DNA from: Abditibacteriaceae bacterium
GTDB taxonomy: Bacteria > Armatimonadota > Abditibacteriia > Abditibacteriales > Abditibacteriaceae
Direction: 5' to 3'
Assembly: GCA_965277285.1 (NCBI GenBank)
Contig: OZ255721.1
Location: 544,001-608,000, forward strand
Length of the DNA: 64,000 nt
The position numbers and the translations under genes are program-made. Shown piece by piece: positions 42,309-52,800 of this stretch. Position 1 is the first letter of the stretch; every line of letters starts with the position of its first letter. The notes beneath the pieces were generated by a model. The model saw only the letters and a program-made list of their open reading frames with translations, was not told where the DNA came from and made no database searches.

Positions 42309-42333
42309 TATAATGTTTTTAGTTAGCGCTAAC
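42309..42333 (+). promoter_or_regulatory. -10 TATAAT plus LacI-type operator GTTAGCGCTAAC (42322-42333) for the DUF1559 gene
   Basis: Perfect 12-bp palindrome 7 bp after TATAAT, mirroring the araF arrangement. Confidence 0.72.
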
Positions 42334-42450
42334 AAAGATTAGATCAGGGTGATAAGGGGCATTGATTGTCACTTAATCGAGTTTATTCCCATCTTCGTCC
42401 GCGTCAGAAAAAAGCGTCGAAGTTTTGGGAGACCTCACAGGAGATTTCAG

Positions 42451-43272
42451 ATGACATATTCGAGTACACGCACGTCAGAACGACACTTTCAGCGTACACG
42501 CGCTGGGTTTACGCTCATCGAACTGCTAGTCGTGATCGCTATCATCGCGATCCTCGCCGCGATTCTCTTTCCGGCTTTCGCCAAAGCGCGCGAAAGTGCT
42601 CGTCGTGCTTCTTGCTCCAGTAACCTGAAGCAGATTGGCTTGGGGCTGATGCAATACACGCAGGAATACGACGAGCATTACATGACCGACTGGGACGGGC
42701 AGCACGGCTACAAGCAAACCTTGCAGCCTTACCTCAAAAGCGCCGATATTTGGAAGTGCCCGTCCAACCCTAACAACCAGACTGTTCAGATGAATGCTGA
42801 TCCGGCGGCGAATCTGCCTGCCATCAACGTCTCCTATGCCGCGAATTCCCGTCTTATCGTGGCTGGATGGGGAGGAACCCCTCCTTCTCTGTCGTTTCTC
42901 AAGGCTCCTGCCAGCAAGATCGTCATATCGGAAAACCTGTCTACCCGCTATCAAATCATGTACGACAATGTGAATGCAGCTACCATAGCCAATGAAGGCT
43001 TTGCGGGACATTTGGGCACTATGAACTGCCTCTTCGCGGATGGACATGTCAAATCCATGAGGCCCGTGGCAACGGCCACTCCCCTCAATATGTGGGGCAC
43101 TATGGCAGACAACGCAGGCGGGCCGACGGACATTCCAGGCGGCGACTGCGACACCACCACTGTCACGACCGGCAGTACCCAGCACACGATGGAAGGGCTG
43201 GGTATCAACTGCGATGCGGTCTCTCCCACCCAAGTCGCAGGCTTAAGCGCGCTTCAAACGAAATACCAATAA
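42451..43272 (+). CDS. Prepilin-type N-terminal cleavage/methylation protein with DUF1559 and H-X9-DG motif
   Basis: [61 protein letters not shown] caggag. Confidence 0.92.
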   Translation: MTYSSTRTSERHFQRTRAGFTLIELLVVIAIIAILAAILFPAFAKARESARRASCSSNLKQIGLGLMQYTQEYDEHYMTDWDGQHGYKQTLQPYLKSADIWKCPSNPNNQTVQMNADPAANLPAINVSYAANSRLIVAGWGGTPPSLSFLKAPASKIVISENLSTRYQIMYDNVNAATIANEGFAGHLGTMNCLFADGHVKSMRPVATATPLNMWGTMADNAGGPTDIPGGDCDTTTVTTGSTQHTMEGLGINCDAVSPTQVAGLSALQTKYQ

Positions 43273-43326
43273 ACCTGGAGCGAGCGTTTTTCATAACTGG
43301 CAGCCGTAGCAACTCGAGTTAGCGCG

Positions 43327-43379
43327 ATTTATAAGGGGAGAACATTAAGTACTATACTTAATGTTCTCCCCTTATAAAT
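43327..43379. repeat. Perfect 25-bp inverted repeat with 3-nt loop
   Basis: atttataaggggagaacattaagta-cta-tacttaatgttctccccttataaat. Confidence 0.9.
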
Positions 43380-43401
43380 TGTGGGACGAAATCTCTTCAT
43401 T

Positions 43402-44478
43402 ATGGCTACCCGAACCAGGAACACACAGCAAAGGCGAGATGCTCAGCAGCAAAGAATCGTGACGCTGGAGGACATCGCCAAATTAGCGGACGTGAGTGCC
43501 ATGACCGTTTCGAGGGTGATAAAAGGCACCGGAGGCGTTTCGTCTGCAACCCGCGAAAAAGTGCTCCATTTCGCCAACGAACTCAATTACACCGCTAACC
43601 TGGCGGCGCGGTCATTGGCGACAGGACGCACGGGCGTCATCGCCATCATCAGCGGCCCGCTAAATCAGCATTATTACGCCAACATCGTGCATTTGTTGGA
43701 ATCTCAGTTGACGGCAAGTGGCTATCAAATGAGGCTTTTGCACACTCAAGGCGAAATGAAAGATTTGATCAGTTCGACCAATGCTTCCGCAGTCGACGGC
43801 GTCATCATTGCCGGTATGTATAATGTGGTCGAAGAGTTCCGTTCCATTGATCCTCAGATTTTTCAGCCCTGTATTTACATCGATACTCTCGAACACACTG
43901 GCGTTGATTATATTTACAGCAATTTAAGCGGCGCGGTCGAGGAATCGCTCGACTTGATGATCGCCGCAGGGTGTCAGCGTATGGCTTATATCGCCAATTT
44001 CAAGAAGGCGGCAGTTCTTCCCAAGGAAGCTCGTAAGAAGACCTACTGCGAGGTAATGGAAAGAGAGGGGCGCACTTCCGAACTCATTACTGCGCTGCCC
44101 ACTCCCGATCTCACCCCGTCGGAGCGAATTCGAGTACTCAAAGAGTATTTTGAGGCTCATGGCTGTCCTGATGGCCTGCTGTGTATCAACGACGAAACCG
44201 CGACTCTCGTCTATCGCGCTTTGATGGATTTGGGTTATCGCGTGCCGGATGACGCGCTTCTGGTGGGCTGTGACGGATTTCCTTACATGGAATGTTTCGA
44301 GCCGCCACTGAGTACGATTTCTCAGCCGATGGAGCAGATTTGTGAATTGGCATGGAAGTTCTTGCAACGCCGCATGGCCAACCCGGATATTCCCTTGCAG
44401 CAGGCGATCTTCAACGCCCAACTGCTGGTGAGAAAGTCGCTGCAAAGCACAATGCTTCGCTCTGCTGCCCAAAGGTAA
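43402..44478 (+). CDS. LacI-family transcriptional regulator
   Basis: VTLEDIAKLADVSAMTVSRV HTH, YTANLAARSL hinge, VPDD..LVGCD, PLSTISQP. Confidence 0.95.
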   Translation: MATRTRNTQQRRDAQQQRIVTLEDIAKLADVSAMTVSRVIKGTGGVSSATREKVLHFANELNYTANLAARSLATGRTGVIAIISGPLNQHYYANIVHLLESQLTASGYQMRLLHTQGEMKDLISSTNASAVDGVIIAGMYNVVEEFRSIDPQIFQPCIYIDTLEHTGVDYIYSNLSGAVEESLDLMIAAGCQRMAYIANFKKAAVLPKEARKKTYCEVMEREGRTSELITALPTPDLTPSERIRVLKEYFEAHGCPDGLLCINDETATLVYRALMDLGYRVPDDALLVGCDGFPYMECFEPPLSTISQPMEQICELAWKFLQRRMANPDIPLQQAIFNAQLLVRKSLQSTMLRSAAQR

Positions 44479-44603
44479 CTCTTCTTTAGAAAATCTGAAG
44501 CGAGGACGCTTGCGCCTGTGTGCAAATCCCTGAAAAGGTCAATGCACCTTGATTTATAGAGAGTGCAACCCATCAAAGCGAGCGCTGAAGGAAAGCAGAA
44601 CCT

Positions 44604-47570
44604 ATGTTTCACATCCAAGCTCCATTGGTCAAGCCAATTTTGTTTTCGATGGGCCTGCTGCTGGCCGGAAAAGCGATGGCCCAGGATCGGCAAACCGTTC
44701 TCAATCTCGACAGCGCCAACCCAACTATCCAGTGGAAAGTGCAGCCTCAGGAAACAGTTGGCGGTGATCCCGCAGCGCTCTTTGCGCCCAATTACAACGC
44801 GACTTCCTGGATTACGGCCCAAGTACCCGGAACTGTCTTCACTTCTTATGTCAATGCGGGTCTGGAAAAAGACCCGAACTTTGGCGACAACATTTATCAA
44901 GTCGATAAAACGAAATATAACCGCGATTTTTGGTATCGCACCCAGTTTCGAGTACTCGATAATACCAACGGCGGAGCGGGCAAGAGGATATGGCTCAACT
45001 TTCGGGGCATCAACCGCAAAGGCGATATTTATTTCAACGGCGCCAACTTGGGTCGGCTGGACGGTTTCATGGAGCGCGGCCACTTCGACATCACTTCGCT
45101 GATTCGCAAAAGTCAAGATAATGTGCTGGCGGTGCTGGTGCATTGGCCAGGCTTGCCGATTCCAAACCGCGCCAGCCCGACTTATATTTCCAGCGATGGT
45201 TGGGACTGGATGCCTTCTGTTCCCGGGTTGCTGAGCGGCATCACCGACGATGTTTACCTGACTTCTTCAGGGCCGGTGACTCTCGTCGATCCTTGGATGC
45301 GAACCGATCTTCCCAACCTTGACGAAGCCGATGTTTCGCTGCAAACAGATGTCGCCAACCACTCGAATCAGGCACAAACGGGCGTGTTGAACGGAGTTAT
45401 TGAACCGGGCGACATCCGATTTTCGCAGCCCGTGGCGCTGGCTGCCGGTCAAACGAAAACGATTACGCTCGACAAAAATAGCTTCAAGCAACTGGCAATT
45501 CGCCATCCCCGCTTGTGGTGGCCCAACGGTTACGGTGAACCGAATCTGTACCGCTGCGACTTGAGTTTTAGCGTCGGTGGCAACCAAACATCCGACAGCA
45601 AGAGTTTCAAGTTCGGCATCAAGAAGTACAGTTACGATACCAACGGCGACGTGTTTCACCTGCATATCAATGGCAAGCCCATCTTCGTGAAAGGCGGCAA
45701 CTGGGGCATGAGCGAGTACTTGCTGCGGTGCCGCAACGATGAATACGATTTGAAAGTGAAGCTTCACCAAGAAATGAACTTCAACCTGATCCGCAACTGG
45801 ATCGGCTCGACTACCGATGAGGCGTTCTACGAAGCCTGCGACAAATACGGCATCATGGTGTGGGACGACTTCTGGCTCAATTCGCATCCCAACTTGCCCG
45901 AAGACGTGGACACTTTTCGTCAAAACGCGATTGAGAAAATCAAACGCCTGCGCAACCATCCCTCGATTGCTCTTTGGTGTGGCGACAACGAAGGCACGCC
46001 GTTGCCGCCTCTCAATGATTGGTTGCGCGCCGATGTGCAAACCTACGATGGCGGCGACCGCTGGTATCAACCGCGTTCCAATATGGGCGCGATGAGCGGC
46101 AGCGGTCCGTGGACGAACATGGAGCCCGCCTGGTATTTCACGAAGTACCCGCGCAATTACAGCAACTTGCCGAGTTGGGGAATGCGCAGCGAAATCGGCA
46201 CCGCCGTGTTTACCAACTTCGAGAGCTTTAAGAAATTCATGCCACGCGACAAATGGTGGCCGCGCAACGAAATGTGGAATCTGCACTTCTTCGGGCCAAG
46301 CGCTGGCAACGGTGGCCCTGACAGATATGAAGAAACGCTCAACCGTTCGTATGGACAGGCGACGGGCATCGAAGATTTTTGCCGCAAAGCGCAGCTTCTC
46401 AACCTCGAAACCAACAAAGCGATGTTTGAAGGCTGGCAGCACAACATGGGGAACGATGCTTCGGGCATTCTCACCTGGATGAGCCAATCGGCTTATCCCT
46501 CGTTCGTCTGGCAAACCTACGATTATTACTACGACCTGACAGGCGCTTACTGGGGCGCCAAAAAAGCCTGCGAACCCATTCACATCCAGTGGAGCAGCGC
46601 GGACAACTCGGTCAAAATTATCAACACCACCTTAAATGACTTGAAGAATGTCACGGCACAGGCCACTATCTTCGACATGGATGGCAAAGCCGCGCCGGGA
46701 TTTTTCGTTTCAAAAGCCGTGCGTGTCGTACCCAGCAATTCGGCGACATCAGCCTTTGACCTCAACTTCAATCCCGACGATCTGGCTTATCACGCGGCGG
46801 TTGTTTCTTCTTCGGATGAAGACGACAAACCCGCTGCGGCTGCCGTCGATGGCGGAATCGGCTCGCGCTGGAGCAGCCGTTACGATGACAACGAGTGGAT
46901 TTACGTCGATCTGGGGAGGCCCAAAACGTTCAACGAGGTGAATTTGATCTGGGAAAGCGCCTATGGCAAATCCTACAAGATTCAGGTTTCAAACGATAAA
47001 ACCAACTGGCGAGACGTTTACGCAACGGAAAACGGGCAGGGTGGCAGCGAACGAATCGCTTTACCGCCGACCACTGCGCGCTACGTCCGTATGTTGGGAA
47101 TCAAGCGCGTCTCGCAGTGGGGCTACTCGTTGTATGAGTTCGAGGTGTATTCTGGTCACACACAGAAATTATCGGACACGCACTTCATCAAGCTCAGGTT
47201 GCAAGACCAGAATGGACATTTGCTCTCGGACAACTTCTACTGGCGCAGCGCCAAAGGTCAGGACTACACCGCGATTAACGCCATGCCGCGCGTCAATTTA
47301 GAGGTGCGCTCGAAGACGATTGTGAAAAACGGAAAATACATCGTCAACGTCAAAATTACCAATCCTTTATCGTCGCGCGCTGCCGCTTTCGCCATCCGCG
47401 TCGTACCTGTGAAATCGAGTACTGGAGAACAGCTTTTGCCCGCTCTGATGAACGACAACTACTTTTCTTTGATGCGCGGCGAAACCAAAGATGTGAACAT
47501 CGAATTCGACGCCTCATTGCTCGGTAATGACCATCTCAAGTTAAGAGTTGAACCGTATAATAATCGCTGA
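44604..47570 (+). CDS. Secreted GH2 glycosidase (beta-mannosidase/exo-beta-glucosaminidase-like) with F5/8 type C domain
   Basis: Signal peptide; VPGTVFTS, LWWPNGYGEPNLY, KGGNWG, RLRNHPSIALWCGDNE, WQTYDYY; AVDG...RWSS...WIYVDLG. Confidence 0.9.
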   Translation: MFHIQAPLVKPILFSMGLLLAGKAMAQDRQTVLNLDSANPTIQWKVQPQETVGGDPAALFAPNYNATSWITAQVPGTVFTSYVNAGLEKDPNFGDNIYQVDKTKYNRDFWYRTQFRVLDNTNGGAGKRIWLNFRGINRKGDIYFNGANLGRLDGFMERGHFDITSLIRKSQDNVLAVLVHWPGLPIPNRASPTYISSDGWDWMPSVPGLLSGITDDVYLTSSGPVTLVDPWMRTDLPNLDEADVSLQTDVANHSNQAQTGVLNGVIEPGDIRFSQPVALAAGQTKTITLDKNSFKQLAIRHPRLWWPNGYGEPNLYRCDLSFSVGGNQTSDSKSFKFGIKKYSYDTNGDVFHLHINGKPIFVKGGNWGMSEYLLRCRNDEYDLKVKLHQEMNFNLIRNWIGSTTDEAFYEACDKYGIMVWDDFWLNSHPNLPEDVDTFRQNAIEKIKRLRNHPSIALWCGDNEGTPLPPLNDWLRADVQTYDGGDRWYQPRSNMGAMSGSGPWTNMEPAWYFTKYPRNYSNLPSWGMRSEIGTAVFTNFESFKKFMPRDKWWPRNEMWNLHFFGPSAGNGGPDRYEETLNRSYGQATGIEDFCRKAQLLNLETNKAMFEGWQHNMGNDASGILTWMSQSAYPSFVWQTYDYYYDLTGAYWGAKKACEPIHIQWSSADNSVKIINTTLNDLKNVTAQATIFDMDGKAAPGFFVSKAVRVVPSNSATSAFDLNFNPDDLAYHAAVVSSSDEDDKPAAAAVDGGIGSRWSSRYDDNEWIYVDLGRPKTFNEVNLIWESAYGKSYKIQVSNDKTNWRDVYATENGQGGSERIALPPTTARYVRMLGIKRVSQWGYSLYEFEVYSGHTQKLSDTHFIKLRLQDQNGHLLSDNFYWRSAKGQDYTAINAMPRVNLEVRSKTIVKNGKYIVNVKITNPLSSRAAAFAIRVVPVKSSTGEQLLPALMNDNYFSLMRGETKDVNIEFDASLLGNDHLKLRVEPYNNR

Positions 47571-47775
47571 CTTTAACCAGCTGAATCCACTTCACATGGA
47601 ACTGTGACATTTAAGCTCGATTGGCTGTTCTCCAGCGGTTACTTTCCAATCAACATCTCACCAGAGCGAAGGTTCTGTCGCGTTCTGGCTTCTGAGGCGG
47701 AAATATCATATCACTTAGGAGGCGCGTGCGCTTTGTCAGGCGGCAAAGTTCGGAAATACGTTTTACAATAAAGGC

Positions 47776-48435
47776 ATGAGCAATCTCACACTTTACTTTT
47801 TGCGGCATGGTCAAACTCCTTTCAGCCGCGACAACGCGTTTTGTGGCGCCGGATTAAACCCTGAACTGACCGAAGACGGGCAGGCGATGGCGCAGTGTTT
47901 CGCGGAAAAATATGCGGCGACTTCGTGGCAGGCGGTTTATTGCAGCCCTTTGCAGCGCGCTCTCGCCACCGCGCAACCGTTATGCGAACGCTTGAACCTG
48001 GTTCCACAAACGCGCGACGGCTTGAAAGAAATCGCCTATGGCGCGTGGGAAGGCAAAAACGTCGAAGAAGTGACGCGCGATTATCACGACGATTACTTGC
48101 GCTGGACGGCGGATCCGGCGTGGAATGCACCGACAACGGGCGAAAAAGAAGCTGGCGAAAGCGCGGTCGTGATTGCGCGGCGCGCTCAGCAAGTTGTGGA
48201 AGAAATTCGCGCGGCGCACGCGGCGGGCAACGTTCTGGTCGTCTCGCATAAAGCGACGATTCGCATCATGTTGTGCTCTTTGCTGGGCGTCGATGTCGGG
48301 CGTTTCCGCTTTCGCCTTGATTGCCCGACGGCTTCGCTGAGCATTGTCGAGTTCCAATCGCACGGCCCGATGCTGCGCGCCCTCGCCGACCGACGACATT
48401 TGGATGAACATTTAATTGCGCTGCCTGGAACGTAA
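47776..48435 (+). CDS. Histidine phosphatase (phosphoglycerate mutase-like) family protein
   Basis: LRHGQT, SPLQRA..TA, LKEIAYGAWEG, VVSH motifs. Confidence 0.93.
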   Translation: MSNLTLYFLRHGQTPFSRDNAFCGAGLNPELTEDGQAMAQCFAEKYAATSWQAVYCSPLQRALATAQPLCERLNLVPQTRDGLKEIAYGAWEGKNVEEVTRDYHDDYLRWTADPAWNAPTTGEKEAGESAVVIARRAQQVVEEIRAAHAAGNVLVVSHKATIRIMLCSLLGVDVGRFRFRLDCPTASLSIVEFQSHGPMLRALADRRHLDEHLIALPGT

Positions 48436-48482
48436 AACAGGATCATAAAACAGGAATGTAAAACAGGAATGTAAAAACGGCA
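48433..48482. repeat. Short 13-bp tandem repeat starting at the stop codon
   Basis: taaaacaggatca-taaaacaggaatg-taaaacaggaatg-taaaaacggca. Confidence 0.8.
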
Positions 48483-48486
48483 TAAA

Positions 48487-48523
48487 AAAGCATCGAGTAC
48501 TCGAATTGAGTACTCGATGCTTT
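48487..48523. terminator. Hairpin built from two copies of the GAGTACTC palindrome; probable bidirectional terminator
   Basis: aaagcatcgagtactc-gaatt-gagtactcgatgcttt between convergent genes. Confidence 0.7.
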
Positions 48524-48536
48524 CAGTTTGGGTGTA

Positions 48537-48788
48537 CTATTCTTGAATGCGCAATTGCGTCGAATAAACGTCGGTAACGCCGCGTACCAGTTGCACGAGT
48601 TGCTTAATCTTGGCGACTTCTTTTTTTAAGTCGAGTTCGCCGCGGAAATCGCGCGGGCGCTTGACCCATCCCGCCAGTTCGATGGTGCCTTTGCTGCACG
48701 AGACTTGAACGCCCGTTAAATCGAGCGGTGAACGCGCCATCGTATGGCGCACCTGCAACGCCAACTGCTTGTCTTCCATTGATGACAT
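48537..48788 (-). CDS. Small BON-like domain protein
   Basis: DKQLALQVR...VQVSCSKGTIELAG...VRGVTDV..QL pattern; SD aggag. Confidence 0.65.
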   Translation of the reverse strand: MSSMEDKQLALQVRHTMARSPLDLTGVQVSCSKGTIELAGWVKRPRDFRGELDLKKEVAKIKQLVQLVRGVTDVYSTQLRIQE

Positions 48789-49016
48789 AAGGTTTTCTCC
48801 TCGCAATGCCGGATGTTGTTCGCGGCATCATTAGTGGCCGCTCTGTCTTTAACTTTATCGTAATTTTTGTCGCAAAACAGGAATCCTGGGATGAACAAAC
48901 AGGTTTGAAAAGAGCAGATTTCAGCGAAACTTTCATATCGCTTCACCATCGTCTCGCGGTTTTATCGCCAAGTTCCACGTAATCCCCAATTCTTTGTAAC
49001 GCTCAGGCAAAGGGAT

Positions 49017-49463
49017 TTATGACGCGGCAACCGATTTCGCCCTGGTTTTTACAGGCGTTTTTATTCTGGCGCGGGTTCTTGCGGACGCGTTTTTGGGCGC
49101 CGTTGATCGAGGCGCGGGCAGAGCTTTAGGCTGCGCTTTGGCGGGCTTCGGGGCGGAAGTTTTACCAGACGATTTTATACGAATAGTGCCTTCCGCGTCG
49201 CCATTAATGGGCTTGGCCGCGCCTTCCAAAACCTGCGACACGATCTGAACGGGCAGCGGTGCGCCAGGCCGATTCAGCATCTTTAGCAACGGATAAGCGG
49301 CCACGAACAAGGCCAGCGGCGGCGCGATCATTTCGGTGGCAACCGCAACCACCAGACCACCATAAAAACCAACAGTACGCGGCCAGTCGATTTCGACGGG
49401 GCCAATTGTACTCACCAAATTGGCTTCATCTTCCTGGGGGCCGTCCGACTTTTCCTGAGCCAT
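49017..49463 (-). CDS. Hypothetical membrane-anchored protein with Lys/Pro/Ala-rich tail
   Basis: GPVEIDWPRTVGFYGG, hydrophobic core, EGAAKPINGDAEG; SD gggag; downstream of the P-type ATPase. Confidence 0.75.
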   Translation of the reverse strand: MAQEKSDGPQEDEANLVSTIGPVEIDWPRTVGFYGGLVVAVATEMIAPPLALFVAAYPLLKMLNRPGAPLPVQIVSQVLEGAAKPINGDAEGTIRIKSSGKTSAPKPAKAQPKALPAPRSTAPKNASARTRARIKTPVKTRAKSVAAS

Positions 49464-49503
49464 AAATCATCTCCCTGCAACAAGTCAAAGATTTGGAAAT
49501 AGT

Positions 49504-49657
49504 TAACGCAAGTTGCTACCATGCCCTGCGAGTTCACTCGCAGGCAATGATAGCTGGCAACTTGCGTTAGTTAAAGAACCCCGAGCGTCAGCGACGGGAA
49601 AAACGTAACCGGTGAATAACTCTTACGTTCACCCGTCGCTGACGCTCAGGGTTCTTT
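49504..49657. repeat. Two adjacent palindromic elements (49504-49569 and REP-like pair 49573-49657)
   Basis: taacgcaagttgc...gcaacttgcgtta enclosing cctgcgagttcactcgcagg; aaagaaccccgagcgtcagcgacggg...cccgtcgctgacgctcagggttcttt. Confidence 0.8.
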
Positions 49658-49833
49658 CCATCGACTCACGCGACTGAGCCATTGCCAAAGATTTTGCCTT
49701 TCTTTCTGCGACTTTCGCGCCCATAATAACTGCAAGTGGGTTTGGCGACAAAGAACAACTTTCGAGTACTCGATATTCGCACATGACGTTACATTGCGTT
49801 CCGTTGTAAGCAAACGCTTATATAAGCGATTTT

Positions 49834-52800
49834 TCAAGCGGGCAAAGCGAGCAGAACGCGTCCCGGCGGTAAGGCCGGAGGAGGAAGCGCCAACGAGGAC
49901 GGAACAGTTGCGGTTGCCGGAGCGGCCAGTTGCGGCAGAGCGTTTGTTTCGACCCCGCTGCCCAAAGTGGGAAGCGTTCGGCTGAGCGCGACGGACGCCA
50001 GTACACCGGCTCCAATGAGCGCCCAACTGACAGGCGTTGGGATGACCAGGGCGAACAAATCGCGCAGTCCGGGCGTGGCCAGAGCGACGCCGAGCAAGCT
50101 CAGGGAACCGACGACAGCGCTCATCACAGGACGCGTGATGCCGCCTTCGGTGCGACCTGCGTCGAGAGTTTGCGCAAGCTGTGTAGCAACAATCGAGATG
50201 AAGGCGACGCTGCGTCCCTGCGCCTGGCCGCCCACTGCGGAACTCAGAATGTAAACCAGTATCGAGGGGATCGCCGTCGAACCGCCGCGCCGCAACACAT
50301 CGCTTCGCAAAGGCGCATCGAAAGCCGCCGTGCCTTCGCGCGACAGCGACGATAAATTGCGACTTTCCGGTCCCTGCAGCGCGACCGCGACCGCAGGCAG
50401 CACATCGGTGATGAGGTTGACCGCCAAAACCTGCGTCGTCGTCAAAGGCGGCGTCAAACCGATCAGGCTGGCACCAACTTGCAAACTCAGTTCGCCCAGG
50501 TTGCCCCCGATGAGCAATCCCAGAGCGCGGCGGATATTGCGCCAGAACGAACGGCCTTCGACCAAGGCTTCGACCAGCGTCGAAAAGTCGTCATCGGACA
50601 GCACCACATCGGCGGCCTGGCGCGCCACTTCGGTTCCGCCTCGTCCCATCGCCACGCCGACATCGGCCAAACGCAGCGCCGGAGCATCATTGACGCCGTC
50701 GCCCGTCATGGCGACCGTGTGGCCTTTGCGCTGCAAGCTTTCCACGATGCGCACTTTGTCGAGAGGCGTCGCCCGCGCCACCACAACCGCTCGTTCCAAA
50801 GCCGCGTCCAATTCGCCATTGACAAGTTCGGCCAGTTCGCTGCCGGTGAGAATGCGCTCTTCTTCCGAAACTTCTGATTGATTGCCATCGTGCCAGTCGA
50901 ACAATCCCGCTTCACGAGCAATGGCGCGCGCCGTGGCCGGATGATCGCCCGTCAGCATGATGACGCGCACGCCCGCCGCATGACAGCGTTGCACCGCCTG
51001 CGGCACGTTTTCGCGCAGTGGGTCGCTGATGCCGACAAAACCCAGCGCCACCAAACCGCGAGGATCACTTACCGCGTCCTTTTGCTGCTCACTGTCGGTG
51101 AAAGAAGTGCTGTCGCCTTGCGCGACCATCAACACGCGCAAGCCTTGTGACGCCAATTCCTGCGAGCGCTGCGACAAAGCTTCGCGTCCCGCGTCGTCCA
51201 GCGGTTCATCGTGCTCCTGGCGGCGAACGCGATCACAGCGTGCTATCAAGGCTTCGGTCGCGCCCTTGACGCAAAGACGCACGCCGTTTTGCGACGCATG
51301 GAAACCGCGTACCGGATCAAACGGCGATTCCGCTTCGCGTTGAATGCGAATCGCTTCGCCCAGACCGGCGCGCAAAGCACCTTGCGTCACGGAAACATCG
51401 GTCGGATGCGCGGCGGCATCCGGCGCGTCGGGGTGCGGCGAAGCCAAGCCTGCACATTCCAAAACCTGCAAAAGATGCGGCGGCAGAACGACATTTTCTT
51501 CGCTGCCAGGCGCGGGCAGCGACGCCTGACTTTGGGCATCAGCGACGACGCTGAGCGCCAACTTGCCCTGCGTAAGGGTGCCGGTTTTGTCGGTGCAAGC
51601 CACATCGACGCGCCCCAGTGACTCGACGGCGGACAATCGGCGCACCACGGCGTTGTGACCCGACAACCGCTTGGCGACGGCGGCTTCGCCCATTTTGGCC
51701 AACAATGGCAAGCCTTCCGGCACGGCGGAAACCGCGACGCTCGCGCCCAGAGCCGCCTGCGAGATAAGCGTTTGACCGCGCAACAAGGCACTGACAGTCA
51801 CCAAAACACCGGCGCCAATCGACCACGGCAGCGATTGGCGCAGCATCGCGTTCAAGCGTTGGTCGAGCGGGCTGGTGCCGTCCTCGCCGACAGCCATCGC
51901 CGCCGCCATCGCGCCCATGCGCGTGTTGCGCCCGACCGCGACGACAACCGCTTGTCCCGCGCCAGTCGTCACATCGGAACCTTCCAGCAGAATGCGGTTG
52001 TTGTCGTCGGCTCCGTCCGGCGTTTTCGTGACGGGCAGCGATTCGCCGGTGAGCGCGGCTTCGTCGACTTCCAAAGATTGAGCTTCGAGTACTCGAGCGT
52101 CGGCGCCTACACGGTCGCCGGACGCCAGCAGCATCACATCGCCGGGGACGACTTCGCGCGACGAAACAATCTTCGGTTCTCCATCGCGCAAGACGCGAAC
52201 TTGCGGGCTGCTCATTTGTTCGAGCGCCTGAGCCGCGCGATTGGCTTGGCCCTGCTGCCACGCGCCAATCGCCGAATTGAACAAAATGGTGCCGCCGATG
52301 AGAGCCGCTTCAATCGTCCCGCCGACAACAAAGGAAAGCGCGCCGCCCAACAGCAGCACACCGTTGAGAGGCGAACGCAACTGGAGCAGCAGGTTTTCGC
52401 GCCATCCGTGCTGCTGCATCGAAACGGGCGGCGGCAAAGTGCGCAGGCGTTCCTGAGCGCGGCCTTCTGTCAAGCCGCGACGCGTCGTATCAAGCGCGTG
52501 CAAGACATCGCGCAACGAGCGACGCGCCCATTTTTCGGGGCGCGGATCGACCACGCGCGCCAGCATCGAATAAGCGCGCTCGCCACCGTTTTCGCGCCAC
52601 CAGGCCGAACCCAACGCCGCCAACGCCGCGACATAAACCGCGCGTGAAGCCCGTGCCAGACCTGTCCCGCCGCGCCAACCCCACAGCAGGCCGACCACGT
52701 TGGCGATCAATGAAAACGCCACACCGTCGCGTGAAGCCAAGTCGCGCCGCGCGCCTGCTTCGATGATCGCGGCTATCGCACCAGCGTCTGGCGCCAGCAC

